Shown: piece after piece, positions 12,960 through 25,000 of the stretch
How positions within the stretch are numbered: position 1 is the first letter of the stretch
How the letters are laid out: every line of letters begins with the position of its first letter
NCBI GenBank assembly: GCA_024626585.2
Contig: JANKJI020000004.1
Location: forward strand, 6,649,541 to 6,674,852
Reading direction: 5' to 3'
Source: Ginkgo biloba
Lineage: Eukaryota; Plantae; Ginkgophyta
DNA length: 25,312 bases
The notes under the pieces: generated by a model
What the model was told of the DNA's origin: nothing
Databases searched by the model: none
The model's input: the letters and a program-made list of their open reading frames with translations, nothing else
Program-made: the position numbers and the translations under genes

Positions 12960-14990
12960 ACGTTCTTTTTGGTCTTCATCCTCACGCATTAAGAAAACCA
13001 ATATCAAGTTTTCAAATGTAAAAAGATATAAGATGGAATCTTTTGAGAAGACAAGTGGTTGCCGTATGGGTGTAGTAGCGAGATCTAACTTGAGCTCCTT
13101 AAATGCACTCTAAGGCTTATAATCCCATTCAAAGGAGACATTCTTCCAAAGAAGACGAAACAACCCTTTTGATTTTACTACAAAGTTTGAAATGAATATT
13201 CTCATATAATTAACTCTACCTTGAAATCTTTGAATCTCCTTAATAGTGCGTGGCGACGGCATTTGCATAATTGATTTGACCTTATTCGGATCAATCAAAA
13301 TACCATGCTTGAAGGCGATATATCCCAATAGGCAACCAACAACTATATAGAAAACACACTTTAAAAGATTTAGGCTTATCTTATATTTTCAACATTGGTA
13401 AAAAACTTACCTTAAATGCATTATGTGGTCCTCATGTTTCTTGGATTTAGTTAAGAGATCATCTAAGAAAGTTGTTACGACTTTTGGAATTATGTCATGA
13501 AAAATGAAATTCATTGCCCTTTGAAAAGTAGCACTTACATTCTTAAGATTGAGTGACATAACTCAATAAGCAATTGTGCCTTAGGGTGTTGTAAATACTT
13601 TGTTAGGCCTGCCAATATAAGATAGAAGGATCTAATTATATATAAAAAATCCATCCATAAGTGAGAGAACTTTATATCCTATAGTTTTATTGATGACCTC
13701 ATCCATAAATGGAGTTGGATAATTATTCTTAGGGCATGCTTTATTCAAGTCTTGTTAGTCAACACATACGTATTGAGTCATTCTTTTTTCGTACGAGGAC
13801 AATATTGGCTACTCATTCTGTATATTTGACAATATATATTAAACAGGTATCAAGAAGCTTTTGAACCTCTTCTTTGATGATTGTTGACAGGTTTAGGTTA
13901 ATAGGTCTTTGATGTTGTCGAATTGGCTTAAACCCAAGATGTGTCAATATATGAGGGGCCACCTTAGGGTCCATTTCAAGGATTTCTAAGTAAGACCAAG
14001 CGAATACATCTCTATACTCATGGAAGACTTGTTTGAGTTAGCATTCTTCCTCGATTGTGCACTCAGCACCTATGGTGATATATTTTGATTTATTGGAGTG
14101 AGAGATATCTATCTACCTCTTGGGGTTTATATTTATAAGATTTCCCTCTTTAAAGCCATCTAGTGCTTCTAGTGTAAAAGAGAAAAAAATTTGTAGTTCC
14201 TTCTAGTGGCAAAGCACTTATTTCCATGACTGCAACTTCAATGGAAGTACTTGAGAATGAACTATTGCTATATAAGCAATAAGATTGATCATCTTTATGA
14301 TGGTTGACATCCTAATTAGAAGGTTCACCCCACAAAAATTGAACTAGCGCTTCATCATTGGTGAAGTAATCTTATGGGAGTGCATCAATTGTATAAACCT
14401 AGTGGGATGGAGACTTGGAAATTTGACAAGGATCCCTAATGGGAAAAAACATAAATGTAGAGTAAGAGGATCCATGGAATGACTCGATGAGGGCATTCTC
14501 CCGAAAATAACTTTTGATTGGTCATATGATGTTGAAGCAACATTAGAGGATTGTGTACTTTGTGTCGGTGTGGTTCCTTGCGAAGAACCATTTGAAGCAA
14601 TAACCAATGGTAATTCATGCTCATTAGTAGATCATTAAGGAATGTTTTGGACATATTGGAGCCTATCAACAACCTCCATCTTCTTATTATGAGGGGATTC
14701 AATAATTTAGAATATGGATGAGATGATTGCCGTCATGGCATCAATCCAATTCCTATCGAGCAATTTATTATACTTGAGTGGCTTGTTTATAACCTCAATA
14801 TCAATGTTGATTGATTTACCCTCAAAAGTAATTGGCACTGATTTGAGAGTCCCTAATGGAGAATTTTGTCAATCATCATAAGATTTAAGTGTACTTGAAC
14901 TGGCACTAAGCTTGATAAGCCCCAATTGTAGAAAGGTACTATTAGACATGATTGATAATGTCGATCTCTCATAACATTTCAGCCAAGGAT
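12960..14990 (-). mobile_element. Decayed Ty3/gypsy pol fragment (protease, linker, RT, start of RNase H connection), non-chromovirus Tat/Athila-like
   Basis: Minus-strand translation with stops and frameshifts gives the protease C-terminus (IEVINKPLKYNKLLDRNWI), VFAWSY, KEEVQKLL, CVD*QDLNKACPK, LSLMDGF, LKNVSATFQRAM, FLDD (YxDD, about 13457-13468), KCVF, LLGYI...IDPNKVKSI...PRTIKEIQRFQGRVNY and AFKELKLDLATTP. Confidence 0.9.
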
Positions 14991-15939
14991 CTGTGTATGG
15001 ATCNNNNNNNNNNNNNNNNNNNNNNNNNNNNNNNNNNNNNNNNNNNNNNNNNNNNNNNNNNNNNNNNNNNNNNNNNNNNNNNNNNNNNNNNNNNNNNNNN
15101 NNNNNNNNNNNNNNNNNNNNNNNNNNNNNNNNNNNNNNNNNNNNNNNNNNNNNNNNNNNNNNNNNNNNNNNNNNNNNNNNNNNNNNNNNNNNNNNNNNNN
15201 NNNNNNNNNNNNNNNNNNNNNNNNNNNNNNNNNNNNNNNNNNNNNNNNNNNNNNNNNNNNNNNNNNNNNNNNNNNNNNNNNNNNNNNNNNNNNNNNNNNN
15301 NNNNNNNNNNNNNNNNNNNNGACTTTTGGATTTCTGCTTTCATCCACGATGGATTGGATTCTAACAAGTGCCTTACATTCTAAATGATCATGGTTGTCAG
15401 TTTCATGGAAATCACACATGTTGGTGGCAAAAATCTCCACTGTGCTCCCGCTAACACAAGGCAGGAGAGATTTGCACGAACAACTTCAATTTTTAATTTA
15501 ATTTGATTTTTAATTTAAAATTAAGAGGAAGTAGACCTTGAGCCCCTTTAAAAACCCCTAGTCATCATAGTGATAGGGTAGACTCAAGGTCGAATTGAGA
15601 GATGGATTCGAGGTCCAATGGTTGGAATGGGTGTGTGTTAGTCACGATTGATCAAAAGGTCATAGTTTTGTGAATTTGCCTCTTTAATGTTGCCAGATAC
15701 ATGGCACCTTATATGCTAATTTAAACTCTTCATATGATTGAAATTACACAGCTGTTATATGCATGTCTTCCTTGAGGAGAGTCACTCCAATGTTCATATA
15801 TATGCCACTTGAACTAAATTGATGTGTTTTTTTGCACATTGCAGAAAGTTACGTTAGTTGAACTGAACCGACACACTTTCTTGCAACTCTGAGAAACTAA
15901 CTGTTGTTCTCGAAAAATACGTCAATCAATGAAGACCAA

Positions 15940-17822
15940 TGCACTTATGTGCATAGTGACCCTAATCGCTTTCTCTTCACTACGTGAATGAAATCAAAAG
16001 TACTCCAATTTCTCTCAAAAGAAAAGGAACTACCCACTCGTGAAAGTAACCATGTTACTAATGTCTTCAAGCTAAGAGCACACCCACTATGAATCGTCCA
16101 CCAATTTGTAAGATCCTTTATTTTACTCCTACCATGCAAAGCATGACCTATACCAAACTCTCTGTTTGGGCATCTAAATCTTAGATGAGTACTAGCTTCT
16201 GTCCATGGTCATATATTTTTGCGATAGTTGTATAAAATCCCTTTGTCACCTCTTGGGCCTAAAAAAGAGACCTCTTCTTTGTCTTTCGAGTGCCGTTCAT
16301 TTTGGGTTCAACGCATAAGCTACCATATGATGAGGTGTATTGAGCTTATTCGATCGTCCATGTATTTTATGTGCTAATAAGGGATACAAGGTTGTATCTT
16401 TTGCATCGATGATTATCTTGATCCTTTCACACTTGGAGTCAATACCCTAGATTTCCCCTAGATAAGAAGAATCCGAATCTATAAAGCAGATAACAACACT
16501 AATAGGCTCCATAAAGTCAATTACAAATTTCACATTTGTCCAAAAACAATTATAAAATATGATACACCTCACCTCAATAACAATATATGTGGAAAATTGT
16601 TTTCAAGTTGCTCATATATCACTGATCACCATTGCACAACAAAGCCTCTTCACTATCCATAGCTTATGAAGAAGGATGTAGTATGTTGCACAATATGTTT
16701 GCAAGTTTTAACAACTTTGCAGTCCTTTCATATTTTCTGAACATAACCTATGATTAGTGGTGGTTGCAAAAAAATATTTAAATTTTCATTCCCTTTCAAT
16801 TGTGCAATCCAATCAAATTTGTGTATGTCCTTCAAAGCATTATTCAATGCATGTACACAACATGGTGTTGAAAATATGTGCCTATATTGCTTTTGCACCA
16901 ACAAACCTACAGTTTCACTAATAGGGGAAACATCTATAATGAATTGGATCACATTAGATGCACCAACCTTTTTAATGGCATTACACAATGAATCCCTTAG
17001 GAAGATTATGTTATTATCTTACTTCAAGCAATTAATAACTTTTAAAAAGTAAGGCATAGTTGTAGAAGATATAATAATGATTAGAAGAGGATGGTTGCGA
17101 ATAACTGTGCAACCATCCATTACAATTGAATAACCATCTATAGTCTACGATGTTTTGTCAACATATGATTTCCCCTTATCCATAAAGATTGTGTGAAGCT
17201 TCTTAGAACTAGGTGGCTTGTACCCTTTTGATGCAACATTAATAATATGGACCATCTGCTCATAATATGGTGAACGATTTACATTGAAGAGGATTCCATA
17301 TGCAAAGAAAAACCTTGCTATTGCAACATCAACCTCTACTCTATTCTCATTCTCAAACATGCTTACAATTGTACCTATAGGTCTCTTCCAAGACATGAAT
17401 TCAGTGGTAGCAAAAGAAGAAGTTGCTTTTGCTTGACTACTTCTAGATGTAGAACATGCACCAAATGTAGGAGTAATACTCTGAGGTGTGGAAGAGGTTT
17501 GGATCTATCCTGGTGGTAAGAGACCATCATCTTGCATGTGTTCATTCAACATGCATTTCCTTTGGGCCTTATCACAACCACAGGGCCCCACTCCACCACC
17601 ACTTGTTTTCAAGAGATGTGCCTTGAATTTTGTGTAACTTCCAAAGAAGGGCTTATGGTTACGCAATGTGCACATGATCAAGGGATGACCCTCCTTAACC
17701 CTTAGGGCATTTTTTCCTCTTGCAATACCTCCATAGAGGTTTTTTAAGATCAAAACCCTCCTGTGGCATTCGTCCAAATCACAAATTTGCCCTCCCTCAG
17801 AAATTTGACTTCCTCTAATCAA
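15940..17822 (-). mobile_element. Decayed hAT-superfamily transposase (BED zinc finger, DUF659/DDE, C-terminal dimerisation domain)
   Basis: Motifs in order: FFGSYTKFKAHLLKTSGGGVGPC (BED-like), AIARFFFAYGILFNVNRSPYY...GYKPPS, GYSIVMDG (first D), VGASNVIQFIID (second D), TPCCVHALNNALKDI (CxxH), FW...DFMEPI, LNTPHHMVAYALNPK and WWTIH...SSFSFERNWSTFDFIH..KRKRL (E and dimerisation domain). It has several in-frame stops and frameshifts. No TIRs were identified. Confidence 0.9.
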
Positions 17823-19964
17823 AAATCTCCCCTCCCCGATGAATTAATGATAAAAGTAGTTTATGTAAAAGTGTAACATTATGGAGAAAAACACTCTACT
17901 TCGAAGAGAGGGAAAAATCTNNNNNNNNNNNNNNNNNNNNNNNNNNNNNNNNNNNNNNNNNNNNNNNNNNNNNNNNNNNNNNNNNNNNNNNNNNNNNNNN
18001 NNNNNNNNNNNNNNNNNNNNNNNNNNNNNNNNNNNNNNNNNNNNNNNNNNNNNNNNNNNNNNNNNNNNNNNNNNNNNNNNNNNNNNNNNNNNNNNNNNNN
18101 NNNNNNNNNNNNNNNNNNNNNNNNNNNNNNNNNNNNNNNNNNNNNNNNNNNNNNNNNNNNNNNNNNNNNNNNNNNNNNNNNNNNNNNNNNNNNNNNNNNN
18201 NNNNNNNNNNNNNNNNNNNNNNNNNNNNNNNNNNNNNNNNNNNNNNNNNNNNNNNNNNNNNNNNNNNNNNNNNNNNNNNNNNNNNNNNNNNNNNNNNNNN
18301 NNNNNNNNNNNNNNNNNNNNNNNNNNNNNNNNNNNNNNNNNNNNNNNNNNNNNNNNNNNNNNNNNNNNNNNNNNNNNNNNNNNNNNNNNNNNNNNNNNNN
18401 NNNNNNNNNNNNNNNNNNNNNNNNNNNNNNNNNNNNNNNNNNNNNNNNNNNNNNNNNNNNNNNNNNNNNNNNNNNNNNNNNNNNNNNNNNNNNNNNNNNN
18501 NNNNNNNNNNNNNNNNNNNNNNNNNNNNNNNNNNNNNNNNNNNNNNNNNNNNNNNNNNNNNNNNNNNNNNNNNNNNNNNNNNNNNNNNNNNNNNNNNNNN
18601 NNNNNNNNNNNNNNNNNNNNNNNNNNNNNNNNNNNNNNNNNNNNNNNATATAAATCTATAAATACCATATCCAAGCAAACACACACCTGTTCAAAGATTA
18701 CCACAACTACAATACAACAAGTCTCCATATAAGAAATATAGTGGAAGATAACAACAATAGCTCCAATAATCATGAAATCTTCCAATTCTCAAAACGCTTC
18801 GACAATTAATGGAACTGAACTGCTCCAATGAAACCATTGCATGTTAGAAACCACTTCGACAAATTAGCCCTGTGCAAAGCTAGGTTTAACTGCAAATGTC
18901 CTATTGAGTTGTATGAACTCAAGAAGGCATAAGACCAATAGATTGAGTGATTTTAGAATCTCTATAATGAGTGTTCATGCCAATTTATATGTCTGTCCTT
19001 AAAATGCCTACAAAGCATCACCATGTTTCTTATGCAGAACATAAATTCCATTAGAACTCTTGTCGATGAATTGAAGCTCAATTCATAATAGGTCCTTATT
19101 CCACTCCTCATTCTTCCTTGTTTGGTATGGATGGTGCAGGAGCGAAAAACGTACATCAAATTCTCATCTGTGACGAACAATGAGTCCCAAAGGTAAGAAT
19201 TAGTCATCAACGAACAAAGGGAGTGTCATTGTCAACAGAAGTGAGAAAGTCAAGTTCGTCATTGTCGGTGACAAACGCAGAACCAATTGTCGCTAATGGT
19301 GGATGGCTAATGACAAACACAAAGTCAAGTTGTCATTGTTAGCGAAAAATATAACGAGGAGGTTTCACTTCGATAGGGCAAAAAATAGAGGAGCTCTCTC
19401 CGACAAAGACACAAATGAGACAGACCCGGAATGACGGTTTAGTCACTAGATGGTTCAATTGTTTTCAACGATTATGGAATTGAAATGACATGAGGAAAAA
19501 TGCTGGAAGAAGGAACGATTAGAGGAGAGAATGAACATAACTCAGAGAGAGAGGGCACTCAAAGAGTGACTCAGAGAACAAGGAAGACCAAGTTTTCAAA
19601 ACAGAGGGAGGGCGAGAATTTAGAAGATGAGAGCCAAATTTCATGCCAATTGTAAAGGGAAAAATTGTATGTTACTATGTAAAGTCCTGTGAGTAGCATC
19701 TCATGAATAGAGAGATAGGAACAATAGTTGATTGTAATCTGGAGCTTTATTGCTCAAAAGGGTATTTCTAGTTAAAAATTCTTGTTTCGTTGTGTAAGAA
19801 GTGGGGTGCGATCGATCTTTTTTTGTATGTTCTTGATTTGTTCTAGAATTTAAGTGGATAGGATTGCATACACGGTTTGACCCAGTGTTTCCTTTTAATA
19901 GAAAAGAATTCGTAGTTAATTACATTGGGAGATTTTGACTCCCCCACTGAGATACAGATCAAAT

Positions 19965-19976
19965 TGGTATCAGAGC
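19965..19976 (+). promoter_or_regulatory. Primer-binding site complementary to the 3' end of initiator tRNA-Met
   Basis: Exact TGGTATCAGAGC, 3 nt after a CA LTR terminus. Confidence 0.9.
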
Positions 19977-20191
19977 ACAAGATCCTAAGCTTGTGCTATA
20001 TGGTGAAGACCAAAAGTGGTTATTCCTTGAGTGGAAAACCTTTGTTGCTAGAGTTGACGACTGATAGAATCTCAAGAGTTTGACAAATGGCAAAAATAAC
20101 AAAGGAGAAAATGGATGATGTTATTGAAGCAAGATTCCAATAGTTGGAGTCCAGCGTGGAGACCATTGTGTAGTTGTTGCAAGAATTGAAG

Positions 20192-20246
20192 CATCCAAGA
20201 GATGAAAAAAAATTGAACCATCCAAGAGATGAAAAAAAATTGAACC
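20192..20246 (+). repeat. 27-bp tandem duplication at a contig end
   Basis: CATCCAAGAGATGAAAAAAAATTGAAC occurs at 20192 and 20219 and runs into the gap. Confidence 0.85.
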
Positions 20247-20346
20247 NNNNNNNNNNNNNNNNNNNNNNNNNNNNNNNNNNNNNNNNNNNNNNNNNNNNNN
20301 NNNNNNNNNNNNNNNNNNNNNNNNNNNNNNNNNNNNNNNNNNNNNN
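20247..20346. other. Exactly 100-N gap truncating the 3' end of PPR-B and the retrotransposon
   Basis: Counted 100 N with unrelated sequence classes on either side. Confidence 0.85.
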
Positions 20347-21456
20347 GTGGCATTTTGATAATAAAATCTAGCGCCTCATCGAGGCGGCCAGCACGGCCAA
20401 GAAGGTCAACCATGCAGCAATAATGCTCCATTATAGGGGTAATATGATATTTTTGATTCATACAATCAAAGTATTCCCAGCCATCCTCCACTAGGCCTGT
20501 GTGCTGGCAGGCGGACAGGACACCAACAAAAGTGATGTGATTCGGATCCGTGCCAGAACGTTGCATTTNNNNNNNNNNNNNNNNNNNNNNNNNNNNNNNN
20601 NNNNNNNNNNNNNNNNNNNNNNNNNNNNNNNNNNNNNNNNNNNNNNNCGCCTAAGCATTTTGTCAAACACTTTACACGCATCCTCTATGCTTCCACATTT
20701 AGCATACATATCTACAAGGGAATTCTCCACGAAGAGATCAGACTGATATGCGCTTTTAATTATTTCTTCATGGATCTCCTTGCCTTGTTCCAGAGCTGTC
20801 AAATTAGCACATGCTGGGAGAATGCTGGCGAAGGTTTCCGACTTTATCTTCAAACCTGTCAGTTGCAGTTGTCGAAAGAGCTTCAGNNNNNNNNNNNNAT
20901 AGCCATTCTGCGCATATCCTGCAATCATTGCAGTCCATGCGACCACATCTCGCTCAAGCATTTTGTCAAACACTTGGCGTGCATACTCCATACTCCCGCA
21001 TTTCACATACATGTCAATAACATTGTTCCCTAAAAACATACCGGGTTGATATCCGGTCCTCATCATATGGCCATGGACCTTCTTGCCATCTGCGAGACAT
21101 TTCACGGTGGCACACTCTCGCAAAAGAAAATCATAGGTACTGAAGTCTGCTCGAATGCATGTTTGATGCAAAATTTCAACAGCTTCCTTCAATTGTCCCT
21201 TCTTACACAATGCTATCAAATTCTCACGATCTATAACGTGATTCATATCCTCAAATCTACCCCGTAACCCATTTTCGATGGCGGAGGTGTTAAAACATAT
21301 AATACTGCCATTGCACTGACGCTGACCAAACAAGCGCATCTGATTCCACAGTTGAAAGGTTGAGAGACTGAAGAAACGGACATTTTTGTGGAGTTCATGA
21401 TTTGTAAATACTGATTTGAAAACAGTGGCGAAGTTTATGTGGGTGATCTTCTTCAT
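20347..21456 (-). CDS. Short PLS-class PPR protein with N-terminal organelle-targeting-like extension, 3'-partial
   Basis: ATG at 21456 is followed by about 70 aa of non-PPR leader. Then come P-like (ALCKKGQLKEAVEIL), L, S (NNVIDMYVKCGSMEYARQVFDKM), P (AWTAMIAGYAQNG), L, S, P2 (mostly in a gap), L2 (ITFVGVLSACQHTGLVEDG) and S2 (HYCCMVDLLGRAGRLDEALDFIIKMP), ending at a 100-N gap. The 12-N gap equals 4 codons. The 79-N gap needs 80 nt by motif length, which explains the apparent frameshift. There are no stops in the sequenced bases. Confidence 0.9.
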
Positions 21457-21912
21457 AACTTTTTAGCTCATTCATTTATTCATGATTATAAAACAAATAC
21501 ATTCATTATTGAGTTTCTTCTTCTCCGTGGGACGATGATGCTGCTTGCCTGGTGATTGGTATCGTCGACCTCTATAGCCAACCGTCCGGCTGAAGGCCAC
21601 ATTGCTATTCCACAAAAAACATCAACCCACAGTTCATGGAATTCTGAGAAACGACACCCAAAAAAAAGGCCTGTGAAGTTTTATATATATTTTTTTGAAT
21701 TTTACTCTTTAAAAGAACCTTCAAATCTGTTAACAAGGAGTACCCTAGGTGGTTAATCCCGACTCTCTCTGCTAGGAGACACCAAAATTAAAAATGATGT
21801 CCGCATAGATTCTCCATCTTCAACCCTCAAATTAAAAAAAAATCATTTTCATGTAACATTATTAAACGTATTCAAATTTGATGGTGTGTTTATTCAATGA
21901 ATCTCTCGTTCA

Positions 21913-22012
21913 NNNNNNNNNNNNNNNNNNNNNNNNNNNNNNNNNNNNNNNNNNNNNNNNNNNNNNNNNNNNNNNNNNNNNNNNNNNNNNNNNNNNNNNN
22001 NNNNNNNNNNNN
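21913..22012. other. Exactly 100-N gap (probable scaffold join)
   Basis: Counted 100 N. Confidence 0.8.
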
Positions 22013-25000
22013 CTTAGATGCCTTTATGCTTGCATCTAAAAATTAAAACAAACGCGAATCTTACTAAATATGTTGGAGTAGAATTGAACCTTTGTGGTTG
22101 TGTTAAAATGGGTGTTTTTGCCTTGAACTTCTCTATAATTAATTGCAAGTTCATGTGTAATTTTGGAGGTCATCTGTTCAAAATATGTGAAAATGGTTTT
22201 TGTGTTTCTTTTTGTTTTCCCAAACTGTGTTTTCCTTTAGCCGTCCCCACCTGTCATTCTCTGTGCTTTCTAGTTTTCCTTTTCGAGTTTGTATTCTGTG
22301 TAATACATAGACTGATGTTTTTTTACTCTAATGACCATAAATACATTTGGCTTGTAGATGTGAATATACTATGGTGTCACTAGGTTTTTTTTTAATGCAA
22401 TGTGATTGAATGTTCTTCCAATATGAAGCTTTTAATATAAAATGACATATATTGGACACGGATTTTTTTTAGTATATAGTATATATTCTTATTTAAAGCT
22501 TAACTGTGTTGAATAATAGATAAGGGGCTAATTTTTACTATGTAAGGCTTTGGGCTTATGGAGGTTGATAAAGGGTTTTGGAGTGGGATGATAAAGTAGA
22601 AGTTTTACAAGTTTCAACCAAATGTGAATGGGATATTGTTTCCCCACAATTGGAGTAATTGGATTTTGGAAAATGGGTTTGTATTTTTTTAAAGGCTTTG
22701 ATTAGCTATATCAATTTTCTATTGATAAACACATTTTTAGTACTAAGAGGATGACTTCAACTAGAAAATGAGTTAATGGATCAAACTTTTATACATAGTT
22801 GTATTCCTATATTGTATTTTCTTCTTTAATGCTTTAGAAACTTTTTAATAATCAATGGTTCCTTGGGAACTCTCAAAATATATACCCTATATATTTTCTT
22901 AAACTCATTGTCAATTTTTTGTCACTTGTGGTTATTAATATAATTTATTGTCATTTCATTTCATTTTTCTAAGGATGGAAAAGTATCTAGTAGCCTCTAA
23001 GTCGCTTGACTTATGTTCTATATCTGGTTTTTCATACCCACAAGATTTTTGTTCCACAACTAGCAACTTTGTTTATAGTAATAATCAAATTGATCATACC
23101 TTTCCTTCCTCTTAAAACTCTTACTTTGAATGTGTCCAACAACAATTCATACCTTGGAATACTTATTGTAGTGTCTTCAACTCCTCCTCCTTATTTATGT
23201 ACCCTCTTATTTCATTCGTCAACTATCGAGTAATAAATATAAGATTATATTACTTACTGTCTTAAAACCCTAATACAGATTGTTAATTGCTCTTGCACTC
23301 AATCTACTACTTCCATATTTATTTTTGGATATTATTAATTGCATTGTTGTATATAATCCCTTCTACCTTACCTATATAAATGCCCCATTCCATATTTATC
23401 TCGATTTTCAGTATCCATAATTAATTTAAACCCAAGGGAAACTTTCTATATCTTGGGAAGTTAGGTAAGGTTTTGGCCATAGTCTGGTAAGGGAATTTAT
23501 TCCCAATCATAGAAATTTATCTCCAATATGTGGAGATGAACTCATAGTACTAACAAAAGAGCAATCTTAAACGACTACTAAGTCACAAATTAATTGAGCA
23601 AAGGTAATATCACAAAAAAAATAAAACAAAAACAAGGATGCAAAACCACCATTTAGTGAACAATCATGCAAAAATAACAAAATTAAGTTAATTAGTTCTC
23701 AAGATCTAATCCTACAGAAAAGGATATATTGCTTTTATTAGGTCAAGAAGATCTGCTACTTCAGTAACCTTTTGAGATCAAATATTTTGAACTTATGAGC
23801 TACTCATGTAATGGATGCATGATAAAATTTCATCAGGATCTCAATCTTCAACATAGAAATACAACATAATTAGGTTTAATAATGACACTATTCACATTTG
23901 CCCGATATTGTTATGTTTTGTGGCACCTAATGTTTAATAAAAGTATGCAACATGCACTACAAGTACTTGTAAGAAATTACAACCCTACAACTTGCACCAC
24001 TACCTTCACAGAAATTACCACCATGACATACACAGCAATGGCCCTTATTAAACTTCACCACCGAGTACATATATATAATTACTCCAAAATAAAGTTGGTT
24101 AAGAATTGTAGTCATATCATTTTAAATTCAAATCCCCTTCGTGTGTACGAAGTATCTTTAACCATGATCGCCAAAAAGAAAAACTAATATGTGTGACAAA
24201 TTGTATAGTGCCCATATAACATTCATGGCACAATGTAATTAAATCTTTTATAACAGATTTACATAACACTTCAAAATATGTATTTAATACAATATAAAAG
24301 AATTGTTAATAAATGTGTTAACCACATTAAAACATTTATGAATACATTATTTTAAATACATGTTCTAAGAATATAAGACACACACATCGATCATTTTAAT
24401 CACATCATAATTGACAATTATAATAAACAATCTAAACTTTATACTTAAAAACAAAAGAAATAACAACCCATCTTATAAATGCAAAAGAATTATCAATAAA
24501 TGTGGCAAATTGATCCACTCTTAAAATATACACATTCTTCAACAGTAAGAAAACAATCACAGCACAATTAATAAATCACAAGTTTCAACATTTATTATTA
24601 ATCCTATCATACATGTACATAGCCAATTATGTTTAAAGATGGCATACCGTGCAACTTTCAATGTAATTCAAATGATAAACTAATATCATTCCAATGCCTA
24701 CACACACACATAGTCCTAAGTCTTTCCATTCAAACAAATAATTTTCCAACTTATTATCAAGACATATAATACCACAAAAATGATCATGATATTAGTTTTA
24801 AACCAATCAACACATTAAATAATTGCTTTTAAGTGCTTTTATCCAAACAAATTCAAAAACATACATTAAATGTTTAAACATTACAAAATTCAAACAAATT
24901 GAAAAATAAAGTACCATGATTAGCTACAAATAATAGAAACTAATTAGACATTCATAATAGGTCACTATAGTAACCTCCCTATAGTGGTACTAATAATGGA

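Larger units (their letters stand above)
19170..20246 (+). mobile_element. 5' end of an LTR retrotransposon (5' LTR, PBS, degenerate gag start), probably Ty3/gypsy
   Basis: The LTR ends ...GATCA (19961), followed by a 3-nt spacer and TGGTATCAGAGC. The ATG at 20000 encodes MVKTKSG, similar to gypsy gag MVxTRS starts, and then meets stops. The LTR 5' boundary is only approximate (TG at 19169 or 19171). The element is cut by a 100-N gap. Confidence 0.75.

Noticed and set aside
15419-15701. Solo LTR or 5' LTR of the gypsy fragment (TGTTGGTGGCAAAAAT terminus)
   Set aside because: There is no matching TSD or clear PBS, and it is too close to the protease to leave room for gag.
3176-18785. Long ORFs made mostly of X (3176-3926, 5064-5479, 14952-15440, 17844-18785)
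   Set aside because: They are artefacts of translating N runs.
20072-20346. C-terminal tail VQFFFISWMVQFFFISW of ORF 20072-20566 as a PPR fusion
   Set aside because: It is read-through across a 100-N join into the antisense of the retrotransposon 27-bp duplication.
7976-20647. Frameshifts making PPR-A and PPR-B pseudogenes
   Set aside because: Both shifts fall inside N gaps whose sizes disagree with motif length (10 vs 2 nt, 79 vs 80 nt), and there are no stops in the called bases.
23516-23555. Short hairpin ATCTCCA-N5-TGGAGAT as a Helitron 3' end
   Set aside because: The stem is short and AT-rich, and there is no CTRR-T junction at the expected distance.
22018-24187. ORFs 22018-22383, 23006-23233 and 23882-24187
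   Set aside because: Their F/C/L- or T/Y-rich composition is what low-complexity AT-rich noncoding DNA produces, and no domains are recognisable.
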